DNA from: Dichotomicrobium sp.
GTDB taxonomy: Bacteria > Pseudomonadota > Alphaproteobacteria > Rhizobiales > Rhodomicrobiaceae
Assembly (NCBI GenBank): GCA_036734025.1
Contig: DAIMZI010000003.1
Span: 6,170-70,169, forward strand
Direction of reading: 5' to 3'
Length of the DNA: 64,000 nt
This document shows, in pieces, positions 18,330 to 30,440 of this stretch. The position numbers were made by a program, and so were the translations under genes. Below the pieces are notes generated by a model. That model saw nothing but the letters and a program-made list of their open reading frames with translations, had not been told where the DNA came from and searched no databases. Within the stretch, counting starts at the first letter, position 1; the number at the start of each line of letters is the position of its first letter.

Positions 18330-19235
18330 ATGCCCGAATTGCCCGAGGTTGAAACCGTGCGGCGCGGCCTGACGCCGGTCATGGAAGGCGCGCGCATCGA
18401 CGCGGTCGAACTGCGGCGGCCCGATCTGCGCTTTCCTTTTCCCGAGGGATTCGTGCAGATGCTGGTCGGCAAGCGCATAGGCGCGCTGGAGCGCCGGGCG
18501 AAATATCTGCTTGTGCGGCTTGAGGACGGTCCGGTGCTGGTGATGCATCTGGGCATGAGCGGCCGCTTTCGCATTGCAGGCGGCGATGACCGGGGCCATG
18601 CAGCGCAGGCCGGTGTGGCGATACTCGGCCGGTTTCATCATGACGCCGGCGCGCTTCAGGCCCATGATCATGTTGTCTTTCATCTCGATGGCGGTCATTC
18701 GGTACACTATAACGACCCGCGCCGATTTGGCTTCATGACGCTGATCGACGCAGCGCAAATGAGCATCCACCCGATGTTTCGCGATCTGGGCCCCGAGCCG
18801 ATCGGCGCTGGCATCAGCGCGCAGGATCTGGCCGCTCGCGCCAAAGCCCGCACCCAGCCGCTCAAGAGCTTCCTGATGGATCAGCGCAATGTCGCCGGGC
18901 TGGGCAATATCTATGTGTGCGAGGCGCTGTTTCGCGCCCGCCTTTCGCCGATGCGCCGCGCGGCTTGTCTGGCCAACGGGTCGGGCGGCCCCAGCGTGCG
19001 CGCCCGGCGTCTGGCGGCGGCTATCCCGGAAGTCCTGAACGATGCGATCATGGCTGGAGGTTCCTCTCTGCGCGACCATCGCCAGACGGACGGATCGATG
19101 GGGTATTTCCAGCATTCATTTTCGGTGTATGGACGCGCGGGCGAAGCATGCGTCACGCCCGGTTGTGGAGAAAAGATCAGACGCGTGGTTCAAAACGGGC
19201 GGTCCAGCTTTTATTGTCCGCGCTGTCAGCGATAA
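18330..19235 (+). CDS. mutM: Formamidopyrimidine-DNA glycosylase
   Basis: Begins MPELPEVETVRRGL. Contains the H2TH region and a C-terminal zinc finger (CVTPGCGEKI...FYCPRCQ). The track start at 18288 is rejected. Confidence 0.93.
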   Translation: MPELPEVETVRRGLTPVMEGARIDAVELRRPDLRFPFPEGFVQMLVGKRIGALERRAKYLLVRLEDGPVLVMHLGMSGRFRIAGGDDRGHAAQAGVAILGRFHHDAGALQAHDHVVFHLDGGHSVHYNDPRRFGFMTLIDAAQMSIHPMFRDLGPEPIGAGISAQDLAARAKARTQPLKSFLMDQRNVAGLGNIYVCEALFRARLSPMRRAACLANGSGGPSVRARRLAAAIPEVLNDAIMAGGSSLRDHRQTDGSMGYFQHSFSVYGRAGEACVTPGCGEKIRRVVQNGRSSFYCPRCQR

Positions 19236-19262
19236 GCGCGGCGCAAGCAACGGGGAAACAGC

Positions 19263-20036
19263 ATGTCATTTGAAACGATCATCGTGGAACGCCGCGGCCG
19301 TGCCGGGCTGATCACCTTCAACCGCCCGGAGGCGCTGAATGCGCTCAACGCCGCGCTGATGGACGAACTGGCCCGCGCCATCGACGAATTCGAAGCCGAT
19401 TCGCGCATCGGATGCATGGTCCTGACGGGGTCCGAGCGCGCGTTCGCCGCTGGCGCAGATATCAAGGAGATGCAGCACAAGAGCTTCCCCGATACCTACC
19501 GCGAGGATTTCATCGCCTCGTGGGAGCGTATCACGCGCGCGCGCAAACCCGTCATCGCGGCGGTGTCGGGCTATGCGCTGGGCGGCGGCTGTGAGCTGGC
19601 GATGATGTGCGATTTCATTCTGGCGGCGCCGACGGCCAAGTTCGGCCAGCCGGAGATCACCCTCGGCATCATGCCGGGCGCAGGTGGCACGCAAAGGCTG
19701 ACCGCCGCGGTGGGCAAGGCCAAGGCCATGGAAATGTGTCTCACCGGGCGGATGATGGATGCCGAGGAGGCCGAGCGCGCCGGGCTGGTCAGCCGCATCG
19801 TGCCGGTCAACGAACTGGTGGATGAGGCCGTGCGCGTGGCCGAAAAGATTTCCGATCTGTCGATGCCCGCGGTGATGATGACCAAGGAAGGCATCAACCA
19901 GTCGCTTGAGACCGGGCTGGCATCGGGCATCAGGCTTGAGCGCCGCCTGTTTCAAAGCCTGTTCGGCACGCCGGACCAGAAAGAGGGTATGGCGGCTTTC
20001 GTGGAAAAGCGCGAGCCTCAATTCAAGCACAAATGA
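19263..20036 (+). CDS. Enoyl-CoA hydratase (crotonase family)
   Basis: 257 aa with the AFAAGADIKEM oxyanion-hole motif and GYALGGGCELAMMCD. Confidence 0.9.
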   Translation: MSFETIIVERRGRAGLITFNRPEALNALNAALMDELARAIDEFEADSRIGCMVLTGSERAFAAGADIKEMQHKSFPDTYREDFIASWERITRARKPVIAAVSGYALGGGCELAMMCDFILAAPTAKFGQPEITLGIMPGAGGTQRLTAAVGKAKAMEMCLTGRMMDAEEAERAGLVSRIVPVNELVDEAVRVAEKISDLSMPAVMMTKEGINQSLETGLASGIRLERRLFQSLFGTPDQKEGMAAFVEKREPQFKHK

Positions 20037-20052
20037 TCGCCGGAGCATGGCA

Positions 20053-20646
20053 TCAGCGGCTGACGCGCCCGACCACGCTCAGCCTGCCACCGGGATCCCG
20101 GCGCATTATCACGATCTCTCCTGAACTCGGGAAGACACCGCTCAGCCCGGTCACGTTGACCTGATGGCTGACCAGGATGACCGGCTGCGACAGATCTGCG
20201 CGAGCGAGCCAGTTTCGCAGGGCTGACGTCTGGGCCGGGCCTTGTGCGCGGTCCTCGAAAAATGAATTCAGCGTCGGCAACTCCGTAACCGACCCCAGAC
20301 CGAGCAACCTCGCTGTCTCCAGGCAGCGGCACCACTGGCTCGAATAGACCCTGGCGCTGGTAACGCCCGCAGCCCGTATCAAGGCGCCAATCTGGCGCGA
20401 CTGTCTGCGGCCGGTCTCCGACAGGTTGCGCTGGGTCGAGCAATCATTGAGCCGAAAGCGACGCGGATCGCCCGTGCCAGGCGCAAGCGCATGGCGCATG
20501 ATGGCGAAATGCCCCGGCTCGCGCAGCCGCTCCAGAAGCGCCGCTGATCTATCTTGCGCCAGTGATGGCTGGGAAAATGCTGCAAGCACTACGAGGGCAA
20601 GCGCAAGCAAGACCGTGCCGATTGTCGCTGAAAGGTACCTTGTCAT
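20053..20646 (-). CDS. Secreted histidine phosphatase family protein
   Basis: N-terminal signal peptide (LLALALVVLAAFSQPSLA), an RH catalytic motif (FAIMRHALAPGTGDP) and a downstream VSHQ motif. Confidence 0.75.
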   Translation of the reverse strand: MTRYLSATIGTVLLALALVVLAAFSQPSLAQDRSAALLERLREPGHFAIMRHALAPGTGDPRRFRLNDCSTQRNLSETGRRQSRQIGALIRAAGVTSARVYSSQWCRCLETARLLGLGSVTELPTLNSFFEDRAQGPAQTSALRNWLARADLSQPVILVSHQVNVTGLSGVFPSSGEIVIMRRDPGGRLSVVGRVSR

Positions 20647-20834
20647 GCCGGATCATTGTCGGATGATAGAGGGAACTCTGCCTTTACTGCACCACATTTG
20701 GTAATCCCGCCCCCGGCATGGTAGACCTTGAGTATGAAACTGCGCCATCCCGCCGCAGCCAGGCCCGCCGAAGCACTGACGGGAGCCTGATATTGACCTT
20801 GCGGAGCCAGAGCGAACGGCCACGGTCCGGCACG

Positions 20835-22607
20835 ATGATCGCTGCCCATGCCCGGCCTGAATTGACCGTGCGCGCGATCCTCACCGGCATGGTGATCGGG
20901 GCGGTGCTCACCCCCTGCAATGTCTATTCCGGGCTCAAGATCGGCTGGTCTTTCAACATGTCGGTGGCCGCCGGGCTGATCGCTTATGCGCTGTGGGGTC
21001 TGTCGGCGCGCGCTGCCGGCACCCGTCCGCTGAGCCTTCTTGAGAATAACATCAACCAGACGACAGCGTCATCGGCGGCCTCGATCATCTCGTCGGGCCT
21101 CGCTGCGCCGATCCCCGCGCTGGCGCTGGTGACCGGTCAGACCCTGGCGTGGCCGGCTCTGGTGATCTGGCTCTTCGTGGTGAGCATGCTTGGTGTCGTC
21201 GTTGCGGCAGGGCTGCGCAACCAGATGCTGGTGCGCGAGCATCTCGCGTTTCCTTCAGGCGTCGTGACCGCCGAGACCATGCAGGACATCCATTCCGGCG
21301 GGGCTGAAGCTGCCGGCCGGTTGCGGCTGCTTGGTGCGGGGGCAGTGTTTGCCGCCGCACTCAAATTCACCTCCGAGTTCATCACTGCGTTGCCACGTCT
21401 TGCCCCTGATATCAGGATGCCGTTTTCACGCGTCGCAGAAGGCGGCGTGCGCCAGGGCGACAGCGCGTCATTCGCCAATCTGGGTCTGTCGCTCGATCCG
21501 TCGCTGCTCATGGTTGGCTTTGGCGCGATAGCGGGTTTACGCGTCGGTGTGTCGGCGCTGCTGGGCGCAGTCCTCGCGTGGGCCGTGCTCGCACCGATGG
21601 CGCTGGAACGCGGCTGGGCACAGCCCGGCGCGGCCGACGCAGACGCGTCATGGTTCGCGCCGCTCGTCGAATGGCTGCTGTGGCCGGGCGCCACTCTGAT
21701 GACGGTTGCCGCGATCACCTCGGTGCTGATTTCGCTGGGGCGCATGGCGCTGCGTCGGCGCGCGCAGATTTCCGCCTTTGCGCAGGATACGTCGCGCATC
21801 GACCCGCGCTTTGTGGTCGCCGGATTTGCCTGCGTCCTCGCGGCTTCAGTCACCACCCAGACCCAGCTTTTTGCCATCACCCCGTTCGAAGCGGTGTTCG
21901 CCGTTCTGTTCAGCTTCGTGCTGGCCGTGGTGTCGGCGCGGGTTTCGGGCGAGACGGGCGTGACGCCGGTCGGCGCGCTCGGCAAGATCACCCAGCTAAC
22001 CTTCGGTGTGATATCGCCTGGCAACGCGACCTCAAATCTGATGAGCGCGAATGTCACCGGCGGCGCGGCCGACCAGTGCGCCGATCTGCTTCACGACCTG
22101 CGCACCGGCCAGATCATCGGTGCGACACCGGGCTTCCAGGTCATTGCCCAGCTTTTCGGCGTCCTGACTGGCAGCCTCGCCGGTGCGTTCACCTATCTGG
22201 CGCTGATCACCGATCCGCAAGCGCAGCTAATCACGCCGGAATGGCCCGCGCCCGCTGTGGCGACGTGGAAAGCCGTGGCGGAGGTGCTCATAGACGGGCT
22301 GGACTCGATGCCGGGCGGGGCACTCGAAGCGATGCTCATCGCGTTCGCAGCGGCGGTCGTGCTGGCCTGCGCCGAAAAGTTCGCGCCCGAGCGCATCGCA
22401 CATTTCATCCCCAGCGCGCCGGCCATGGGGCTGGCTTTCGTCATTCCGGCGTGGAATTCGATCTCGCTCTTCATCGGCGCGGCCGGGGCAGCCGTGATCA
22501 GCCATTTCTTCCCGGACTGGGCCGGCAAGCGGCTTGTCGTGCTGGCGGCCGGGCTGATCGTCGGCGAGAGCCTTGCGGGCGTTGTCTCTGCGCTGGTGGC
22601 ACTCTAG
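20835..22607 (+). CDS. OPT family oligopeptide transporter
   Basis: About 590 aa and polytopic. The N-terminus ELTVRAILTGMVIGAVLTPCNVYSGLKIGW is typical of bacterial OPT proteins. ATG 20835 is preferred over the track start at 20718. Confidence 0.8.
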   Translation: MIAAHARPELTVRAILTGMVIGAVLTPCNVYSGLKIGWSFNMSVAAGLIAYALWGLSARAAGTRPLSLLENNINQTTASSAASIISSGLAAPIPALALVTGQTLAWPALVIWLFVVSMLGVVVAAGLRNQMLVREHLAFPSGVVTAETMQDIHSGGAEAAGRLRLLGAGAVFAAALKFTSEFITALPRLAPDIRMPFSRVAEGGVRQGDSASFANLGLSLDPSLLMVGFGAIAGLRVGVSALLGAVLAWAVLAPMALERGWAQPGAADADASWFAPLVEWLLWPGATLMTVAAITSVLISLGRMALRRRAQISAFAQDTSRIDPRFVVAGFACVLAASVTTQTQLFAITPFEAVFAVLFSFVLAVVSARVSGETGVTPVGALGKITQLTFGVISPGNATSNLMSANVTGGAADQCADLLHDLRTGQIIGATPGFQVIAQLFGVLTGSLAGAFTYLALITDPQAQLITPEWPAPAVATWKAVAEVLIDGLDSMPGGALEAMLIAFAAAVVLACAEKFAPERIAHFIPSAPAMGLAFVIPAWNSISLFIGAAGAAVISHFFPDWAGKRLVVLAAGLIVGESLAGVVSALVAL

Positions 22608-22733
22608 CTTTGGGCTTTCCTTATGCGGGAGATCATGTCTCCATTCAGATGGCAACGACAATCGCTTCAGGCCCCGGGGCCGGATTGTCGGCCACAGCGC
22701 TCCTCGCCGGCCTCGCGAACAGGAACCGCGTCA

Positions 22734-23666
22734 ATGCTCCATCGCCACACCATCCACGCCTGCCACCGCCATTATTCCTGGAACAATGCACTGAAGCCGG
22801 TGATGATGGTCGCGCCAGGCGACACGCTCGATTTTGAGATCATTGATGCCTGGGGCGGCGTGATCACGCCGCACAGCACGGTGGATGTGCTGAGCGAGGA
22901 CATGAGCGGGCGCGTCAATCCGGTGACGGGTCCGATCTTCGTCGATGGCGCCCGGCCCGGCGATACGCTGGTGGTCCGCCTCGAAGCCTATCGGCCCTCG
23001 GGCTGGGGTTGGACGGCCAATATTCCAGGCTTCGGCCTGCTCGCGGATGATTTCCCGGAAGCCGCGCTCCGGCTCTGGCGGTACGATCCGACAGGCCATC
23101 GGCCGATCCTGCTCTCGGACATCGCGCAGATTCCGCTTGCCCCTTTCGCCGGCACGATCGGCGTCGCGCCGGCAGCAGCCGGTTCTCACGACATCATCCC
23201 GCCGCGGCGCATCGGCGGCAACATGGACATTCGTGATCTGGTCGCCGGCAGCGTGCTTTATCTTCCGGTCGAGGTGGACGGCGCGCTGTTTTCCATCGGT
23301 GACACCCATGCGGCCCAGGGGGATGGGGAAGTGTGCGGCACCGCGATCGAAAGCCCGATGGAAGCCACGCTGAGCTTCGGTCTGATCAAGGAAAGCACCG
23401 GCAATTTTCCCCGCGCCGTGGTCCCGGCGCGCCCGCTTCATGCCGGTGCAGTGGACATCACCACCGGTATTGGCCCCGATCTGCACCAGGCGTCGCGCGA
23501 GGCTGTTCGCGGCATGGTCGATCTGCTTTGCGTCATGCGCGGGCTGAGCGCCGTTGATGCCTATATGCTGTGCAGCGTCGCGGGCGATCTGCGGGTCAGC
23601 CAGATCGTCGATGCGCCCAACTGGACCGTAAGCTTTCATCTGCCGCGGGCCATCTTCGCCGATTGA
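22734..23666 (+). CDS. Acetamidase/formamidase family protein
   Basis: NPVTGPIFVDGARPGDTL, GGNMD and IGDTHAAQGDGEVCGTAIE motifs. ATG 22734 is preceded by AGGAA. Confidence 0.8.
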   Translation: MLHRHTIHACHRHYSWNNALKPVMMVAPGDTLDFEIIDAWGGVITPHSTVDVLSEDMSGRVNPVTGPIFVDGARPGDTLVVRLEAYRPSGWGWTANIPGFGLLADDFPEAALRLWRYDPTGHRPILLSDIAQIPLAPFAGTIGVAPAAAGSHDIIPPRRIGGNMDIRDLVAGSVLYLPVEVDGALFSIGDTHAAQGDGEVCGTAIESPMEATLSFGLIKESTGNFPRAVVPARPLHAGAVDITTGIGPDLHQASREAVRGMVDLLCVMRGLSAVDAYMLCSVAGDLRVSQIVDAPNWTVSFHLPRAIFAD

Positions 23667-23674
23667 ACGGGCTT

Positions 23675-24631
23675 TTACGGCGTCCGTTCCCCGGCGCCGG
23701 CCTGCAACCAGTTGAGATTGGGGATCAGCGCGTTGCGCTCGCTGAGCAGGAACTCGCGGAAGACCTGCGCGGCTTTGGTCGGCGACTGATCGGAGCGGTT
23801 GATCAGGAACCATTGGCGCAGGATCGGCAGCCCGTGAATGTGCAGGGCCGCAAGCTTGCCATCGGCGAGCTCGGAATAGCATGTGTGCGCCGATATCATG
23901 GCGATGCCCAGCCCCGCCATGACCGCCTGCTTGATGGTTTCGTTGGTGCCCATCTCGATGATGCTGAAGCTGCGCCCGCCGCCGAAACGCTCCAGAAACC
24001 TGGAGGTCAGCATGCGCGTGCCCGAGCCCTCCTCGCGCGCCAGAAAAGTTTCGCGCAGCAGATCTTCCGGCAGGATTTGCGGATCGCCGATCAGTCGGTG
24101 TTCCGGCGGCGCGATCAGCACATGCGGATGATCGCCGAGCACGACACTGTCCACCGGCACATGCGGCGGCGGGCGTCCCATGATGAGCAGATCATAGGCG
24201 CGGCGCTCAAGTCCCTTGATGATCTCCTCGCGGTTGCCGATCGCCAGCTTGACGCGGATGTTCGGCTGCGCCTGCTGAAAGGCGGCGACGATGCGCGGCG
24301 CAAAATACTTTCCGGTGCTGACCACGCCAAGCACGATCGAGCCCTGCGAGCCCGATTGCAGGGCGGCAATGCGCTCGCCGGTGTGTGCGATCAGGTTGTC
24401 GATTTCATGCGCGGTGGCCAGCACTTCCCGGCCGATATCGGTGGGGACGAACCCGTCGGCGGTCCGCTCGAAAAGCTGAGAGCCGACGGCCCGCTCAAGA
24501 GCCTTCAACTGTGCGCTGATGGCGGGAGGCGTGACGTGAAGCAGGTTGGCCGCGGCCGTTACGCTGCCTGTGCTCAGCGTTGCGGCGAGCGCACGAAACT
24601 GGCGGATGCTGAGGCTGCGCAAATCGCTCAT
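23675..24631 (-). CDS. cbbR: LysR-type transcriptional activator of the cbb operon
   Basis: 318 aa with an N-terminal wHTH (IRQFRALAATLSTGSVTAAANLLHVTPPAISAQLKALE). It is divergent from cbbF across a 112-nt AT-rich spacer. Confidence 0.85.
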   Translation of the reverse strand: MSDLRSLSIRQFRALAATLSTGSVTAAANLLHVTPPAISAQLKALERAVGSQLFERTADGFVPTDIGREVLATAHEIDNLIAHTGERIAALQSGSQGSIVLGVVSTGKYFAPRIVAAFQQAQPNIRVKLAIGNREEIIKGLERRAYDLLIMGRPPPHVPVDSVVLGDHPHVLIAPPEHRLIGDPQILPEDLLRETFLAREEGSGTRMLTSRFLERFGGGRSFSIIEMGTNETIKQAVMAGLGIAMISAHTCYSELADGKLAALHIHGLPILRQWFLINRSDQSPTKAAQVFREFLLSERNALIPNLNWLQAGAGERTP

Positions 24632-24743
24632 TCAATTTTTCTACATGATCATTCCATTTTTTTAAATTTACTTTTCCCAGCCGATGGATCAGCGTCAAGG
24701 GAAATCGCTGAATGATCTAACGTTCGGCAGGGAGGATGCATCA
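24632..24743. promoter_or_regulatory. cbbR/cbb divergent promoter-operator region
   Basis: This is the most AT-rich stretch of the locus. It holds a LysR-type T-N11-A element TCA-N11-TGA at 24632-24648 and the perfect palindrome ATGATCAT at 24645-24652. Confidence 0.5.
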
Positions 24744-25820
24744 ATGGCATTGGACCGTGTGGCGGAGACCCGCAGCCACGCCATCACACTCGGGGCGCAC
24801 ATCGCCGCGCTGGGGCAGGTCGAAACGCCCGAGGCCCCGCTGATCGCGCCTGCGGGTCGTGCGATCCTCGCGCTTGCAGAGGCTGCAAAGCGGATTTCCC
24901 GTCTCGTCGCTGCCGGACCGCTGGCCGGTGCACTTGGGGCAAATACCGGTGAGGCCAACGCCGACGGCGATGCGCAGAAAACGCTCGATGTGATGGCCAA
25001 CGAACATGTGCTGGCGGCACTTACCGATGCGCCGGTCGCCTATTACGCTTCGGAAGAAGAGGATTCCATCCTCACTCTGAATGCCGGCGCGCCGCTTGCA
25101 GTGGCGGTCGATCCGCTCGATGGCTCATCGAACATCGACGTCAACGTGTCCATCGGCACCATCTTTTCGATCTATCCGGCTGCCGACAGCGCGGCAGGCT
25201 CGTTCTTTCGCCGCTGCGCGGACCAGATCGGCGCCGGCTATTTCGTCTATGGGCCGCACACCGCAATCGTGATGAGCCTGGGGCGCGGCGTTCAGGAGTT
25301 CGTGCTCGATCCCGAAAGCCGGGAATTCGTGCTGGTCAATGCCGATTTGCGCATTCCCCAGACGTCGCGGGAGTTCGCCATCAACGCATCCAACTACAGG
25401 CATTGGCATGAGCCGGTGCGCGCCTTCATCGATGATTGCATCGAGGGAGCCAAAGGCCCGCGCGGCAAGGATTTCAACATGCGCTGGGTCGCGTCGCTGG
25501 TGGCCGAGGCGCACCGCATCTTCAGCCGCGGCGGCGTGTTCCTGTATCCGTCCGACCGCCGCCCGGGATATGAATTGGGCAGGCTGCGCCTGGTCTATGA
25601 GGCTGCGGCGATCGCCATGCTGGCCGAGCAGGCTGGCGGCGGCGCCACCGACGGCATAAGCCGCATCCTCGACAAGACGCCGAGTGAGCTGCATCAGCGC
25701 ACGCCTCTGGTGTTCGGTTCGGCGGAAAAGATCGAGCGGATAACCAATTACCATGCGAACCCCGACTTCATGCGCAACAACTGGCCGCTGTTTGCCGCGC
25801 GCGGCCTGTTCCGGGGCTGA
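24744..25820 (+). CDS. cbbF: Class 1 fructose-1,6-/sedoheptulose-1,7-bisphosphatase
   Basis: DPLDGSSNID metal-binding motif and the YEAAAIAMLAEQAGG C-terminal region. RBS GGGAGGA lies before ATG 24744. Confidence 0.92.
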   Translation: MALDRVAETRSHAITLGAHIAALGQVETPEAPLIAPAGRAILALAEAAKRISRLVAAGPLAGALGANTGEANADGDAQKTLDVMANEHVLAALTDAPVAYYASEEEDSILTLNAGAPLAVAVDPLDGSSNIDVNVSIGTIFSIYPAADSAAGSFFRRCADQIGAGYFVYGPHTAIVMSLGRGVQEFVLDPESREFVLVNADLRIPQTSREFAINASNYRHWHEPVRAFIDDCIEGAKGPRGKDFNMRWVASLVAEAHRIFSRGGVFLYPSDRRPGYELGRLRLVYEAAAIAMLAEQAGGGATDGISRILDKTPSELHQRTPLVFGSAEKIERITNYHANPDFMRNNWPLFAARGLFRG

Positions 25821-25840
25821 TCAGGACTGGGAAGGAACCG

Positions 25841-26716
25841 ATGTCGGTCAGATATCCAATCATATCGGTGGTCGGCTCGTCAGGGGCCGGCACGAGCACG
25901 GTGAAACACACGTTCGACCAGATCTTCCGGCGCGAAGGCATAGCGCCCGCAACCATCGAAGGCGATGCGTTCCATCGCTACAGCCGCGCCGAGATGAAGG
26001 CCGAAATCACGCGCCGGGCCGATGAAGGCAACCAGCATTTCAGCCATTTCTGCGTGGAGGCCAATCTGCTCCAGGAGTTGGAAACCCAGTTCAAGAGCTA
26101 TGGCGACATGGGCCGATGCCGCACCCGGCACTATGTCCATGACAATGCCGCTGCGGAACGCTACGGCGTGGAGCCGGGCAACTTCACCGAATGGGAAGAG
26201 ATCGGCGAGGGCTCGGACCTGCTTTTTTATGAAGGCCTGCACGGCGCTGTCAGAGCCAACGGCATCGACATTTCGGCAAGGGCCGACCTGAAGATCGGCG
26301 TCGTCCCGGTCATCAATCTGGAGTGGATCCAGAAGATCCACCGCGACCGCGAGGCCCGTGGCTACAACACAGATGCGGTGCGCGACACCATCTTGCGGCG
26401 CATGCATTCCTACGTTCACGTGATCTGCCCGCAATTCAGCGAGACCGATATCAATTTTCAGCGCGTGCCCGTTGTGGATACGTCAAATCCGTTCGTCGCC
26501 CGCTGGATACCCACAGCCGGAGAAGCGGTCGTCGTCATCCGGTTCAAGAACCCGCGCGGGATCGACTTCGCCTATCTCGTGTCGATGCTCCACGGCAGCT
26601 GGATGAGCCGGGCAAACTCGATCGTCATTCCGGGCGACAAGATGGACCTCGCCATGCAGCTCATCCTGACGCCGATCATCATCCGGCTGATGGAACGCAG
26701 CGGGCGAGCCAAATGA
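25841..26716 (+). CDS. cbbP: Phosphoribulokinase
   Basis: 291 aa starting MSVRYPIISVVGSSGAGTSTV (P-loop), typical of bacterial PRK. Confidence 0.95.
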   Translation: MSVRYPIISVVGSSGAGTSTVKHTFDQIFRREGIAPATIEGDAFHRYSRAEMKAEITRRADEGNQHFSHFCVEANLLQELETQFKSYGDMGRCRTRHYVHDNAAAERYGVEPGNFTEWEEIGEGSDLLFYEGLHGAVRANGIDISARADLKIGVVPVINLEWIQKIHRDREARGYNTDAVRDTILRRMHSYVHVICPQFSETDINFQRVPVVDTSNPFVARWIPTAGEAVVVIRFKNPRGIDFAYLVSMLHGSWMSRANSIVIPGDKMDLAMQLILTPIIIRLMERSGRAK

Positions 26717-26725
26717 TCCGAACCG

Positions 26726-26746
26726 CCGGGCGGGTCGTCCGCCCGG
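26726..26746 (+). other. Intercistronic GC-rich stem-loop between cbbP and cbbL
   Basis: CCGGGCGG-GTCGT-CCGCCCGG: a perfect 8-bp stem with no U-tract. Confidence 0.4.
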
Positions 26747-26795
26747 CCACATGAAAGACCAACTGCGCGCCCGGCCGTTGATGAGCAACGGATAA

Positions 26796-28280
<1,485 letters not shown>

Positions 28281-28310
28281 CCATTAAGGCATCGACAAGG
28301 AGCTTTCGAC

Positions 28311-28733
28311 ATGCGCATCACTCAAGGAGCGTTTTCGTTCCTCCCCGATCTGAGCGATCAGCAGATCGCTGCACAGGTGCAGTATTGCATCGACAATGGC
28401 TGGGCCGTCAGCATCGAATTCACTGACGATCCGCATCCCCGCAACACCTATTGGGAGATGTGGGGGCATCCGATGTTCGATAATCCGGATGCAGCCGCGC
28501 TGATGTATGAACTGAACGAATGCCGCAAGGTCTATGGCGAGAGGTATATTCGTGTGGTGGCTTTCGATTCGAGCCACGGCTGGGAGTCGGTCAAGCTGAG
28601 CTTCATCGTCAACCGGCCGGCGGAAGAGCCGGGCTTTCGCGTGACGAGGACCGACACCAAGGGCCGCTGCATGCAGTATACCCTGTCGCCCTACGCGACC
28701 GAGAAGCCGGGCGGCGAACGCTATCGCAGCTAG
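28311..28733 (+). CDS. cbbS: RuBisCO small subunit (red-type, with C-terminal extension)
   Basis: 140 aa beginning [19 protein letters not shown], with [19 protein letters not shown] is present. Confidence 0.95.
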   Translation: MRITQGAFSFLPDLSDQQIAAQVQYCIDNGWAVSIEFTDDPHPRNTYWEMWGHPMFDNPDAAALMYELNECRKVYGERYIRVVAFDSSHGWESVKLSFIVNRPAEEPGFRVTRTDTKGRCMQYTLSPYATEKPGGERYRS

Positions 28734-28749
28734 TGGCGGGCCTGTGCGC

Positions 28750-28778
28750 GCGGTGCGGCCCTCACGCGGCCGCACCGC
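28750..28778 (+). other. Strong stem-loop immediately downstream of cbbS
   Basis: An 11-bp stem GCGGTGCGGCC/GGCCGCACCGC with a 7-nt loop. It sits between the cbbS stop (28733) and the cbbX start (28798). Confidence 0.45.
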
Positions 28779-28797
28779 CAATGGCTTGAGGAGCGTA

Positions 28798-29745
28798 ATG
28801 ATGCAAGACGGTTCCGTCGAAGACACTGAGCGCGGCGCACCGACGCAGACGAGCGTCGATCTTCAGCGCGAATATGAGACGTCCGGCGTTGGCGAGGTGC
28901 TTAGCGAACTCGACCGCGCGCTGGTCGGACTGGCGCCGGTCAAGCAGCGCATCAAGGAGACGGCGGCATTGCTGCTGGTGGAAAAGGCGCGCAAGCAACT
29001 GGGGCTCGCGCACGACACGCCAACCCTGCACATGAGCTTTACCGGCAAGCCGGGCACGGGAAAGACCACCGTGGCAATGAAGATGGCCAATCTGCTGCAC
29101 CGGCTGGGCTATGTGCGAAAGGGCCATCTGGTCAGCGTCACACGCGATGATCTGGTTGGCCAGTATATCGGCCACACGGCCCCCAAGACTAAGGAAATCC
29201 TCAAGAAGGCGATGGGCGGCGTGCTGTTCATCGACGAAGCCTATTATCTCTACCGGCCGGACAATGAACGCGATTATGGCCAGGAGGCGATCGAGATCCT
29301 GCTTCAGATCATGGAGAACCAGCGTGATGATCTGGTCGTGATCCTCGCGGGCTATGCCGACCGGATGGACAGGTTTTTCGAGAGCAATCCGGGCTTTCGC
29401 TCGCGCATTGCCCACCACATCGATTTTCCGGATTATTCCGATGAGGAACTGTTCCAGATCGCCGGGGCCATGCTCGAGGCGCAGAACTACACGCTGACAA
29501 GTGAGGCCCAGGCGGCCTTACGCGACTATATCGCCTTGCGGCGCGAGCAGCCGCATTTTGCCAACGCCCGCTCGATCCGCAACGCGCTGGACCGGGCCCG
29601 GTTGCGTCAGGCGAACCGGCTTTTCGAGAGCGCCAAGGGGCCGCTGGATGCCGCGCAGCTTTCGGCTATCGACGCGGCTGACATTCGCGCCAGCCGCGTG
29701 TTCAGCGGCGGGCTCGACACCACGACAGGAGCGGAAAAACAATGA
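28798..29745 (+). CDS. cbbX: Red-type RuBisCO activase CbbX (AAA+ ATPase)
   Basis: Walker [12 protein letters not shown], Walker B VLFIDEAY, and the typical CbbX length. RBS GAGGAG lies before ATG 28798. Confidence 0.93.
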   Translation: MMQDGSVEDTERGAPTQTSVDLQREYETSGVGEVLSELDRALVGLAPVKQRIKETAALLLVEKARKQLGLAHDTPTLHMSFTGKPGTGKTTVAMKMANLLHRLGYVRKGHLVSVTRDDLVGQYIGHTAPKTKEILKKAMGGVLFIDEAYYLYRPDNERDYGQEAIEILLQIMENQRDDLVVILAGYADRMDRFFESNPGFRSRIAHHIDFPDYSDEELFQIAGAMLEAQNYTLTSEAQAALRDYIALRREQPHFANARSIRNALDRARLRQANRLFESAKGPLDAAQLSAIDAADIRASRVFSGGLDTTTGAEKQ

Positions 29746-30440
29746 GCTTTGATCGTTCGATCAAGATTGCGCCATCGATCCTGAGCGCGGATTTCGCCAA
29801 TTTCGGCGCTGAATGCCAGGCCATTCAGGCACAGGGCTGCGACTGGGTGCATGTCGATGTGATGGACGGCCATTTCGTGCCAAATATCACTTTTGGCCCC
29901 GCAACATGCGCGGCCATCCGTCCGCATGTCAGGACGTTGATGGATGTGCATCTGATGATCGCGCCGGCCGATCCCTATCTCGAAGCCTTCGTTGATGCCG
30001 GCGCGGACATTGTCACGATCCACCCCGAGGCCGGCCCGCATCTGGATCGCTCGCTACAGGTGATCCGGTCGCTGGGTGCCAAGGCCGGCGTGGCGCTCAA
30101 CCCGTCCACGCCTGAAAGCGCCATCACCTATGTGCTCGACAAGATCGACCTGGTCTGCGTGATGACGGTCAACCCCGGCTTCGGCGGTCAGAGCTTTCTT
30201 CACGGCCAGGTCGCCAAGATCCGCCGCCTGCGCGACATGATCGGCGATCGGCCCATTCACATCGAGGTCGACGGCGGCGTTACGCCAGAAACCGCGCCGC
30301 TGGTGGCCGCTGCCGGGGCCGATGTGCTGGTCGCAGGCTCGGCGGTGTTCAAGGGCGGCTCGGTCGCTGCGCCCGAGACCTATGGGCGCAACATCGCAGC
30401 CATCCGCTCGGCTGCCGAAGCCGTGAGGACAGCCGCGTGA
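29742..30440 (+). CDS. cbbE: Ribulose-phosphate 3-epimerase
   Basis: [22 protein letters not shown] and [10 protein letters not shown] motifs. ATGA overlap with cbbX. Confidence 0.95.
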   Translation: MSFDRSIKIAPSILSADFANFGAECQAIQAQGCDWVHVDVMDGHFVPNITFGPATCAAIRPHVRTLMDVHLMIAPADPYLEAFVDAGADIVTIHPEAGPHLDRSLQVIRSLGAKAGVALNPSTPESAITYVLDKIDLVCVMTVNPGFGGQSFLHGQVAKIRRLRDMIGDRPIHIEVDGGVTPETAPLVAAAGADVLVAGSAVFKGGSVAAPETYGRNIAAIRSAAEAVRTAA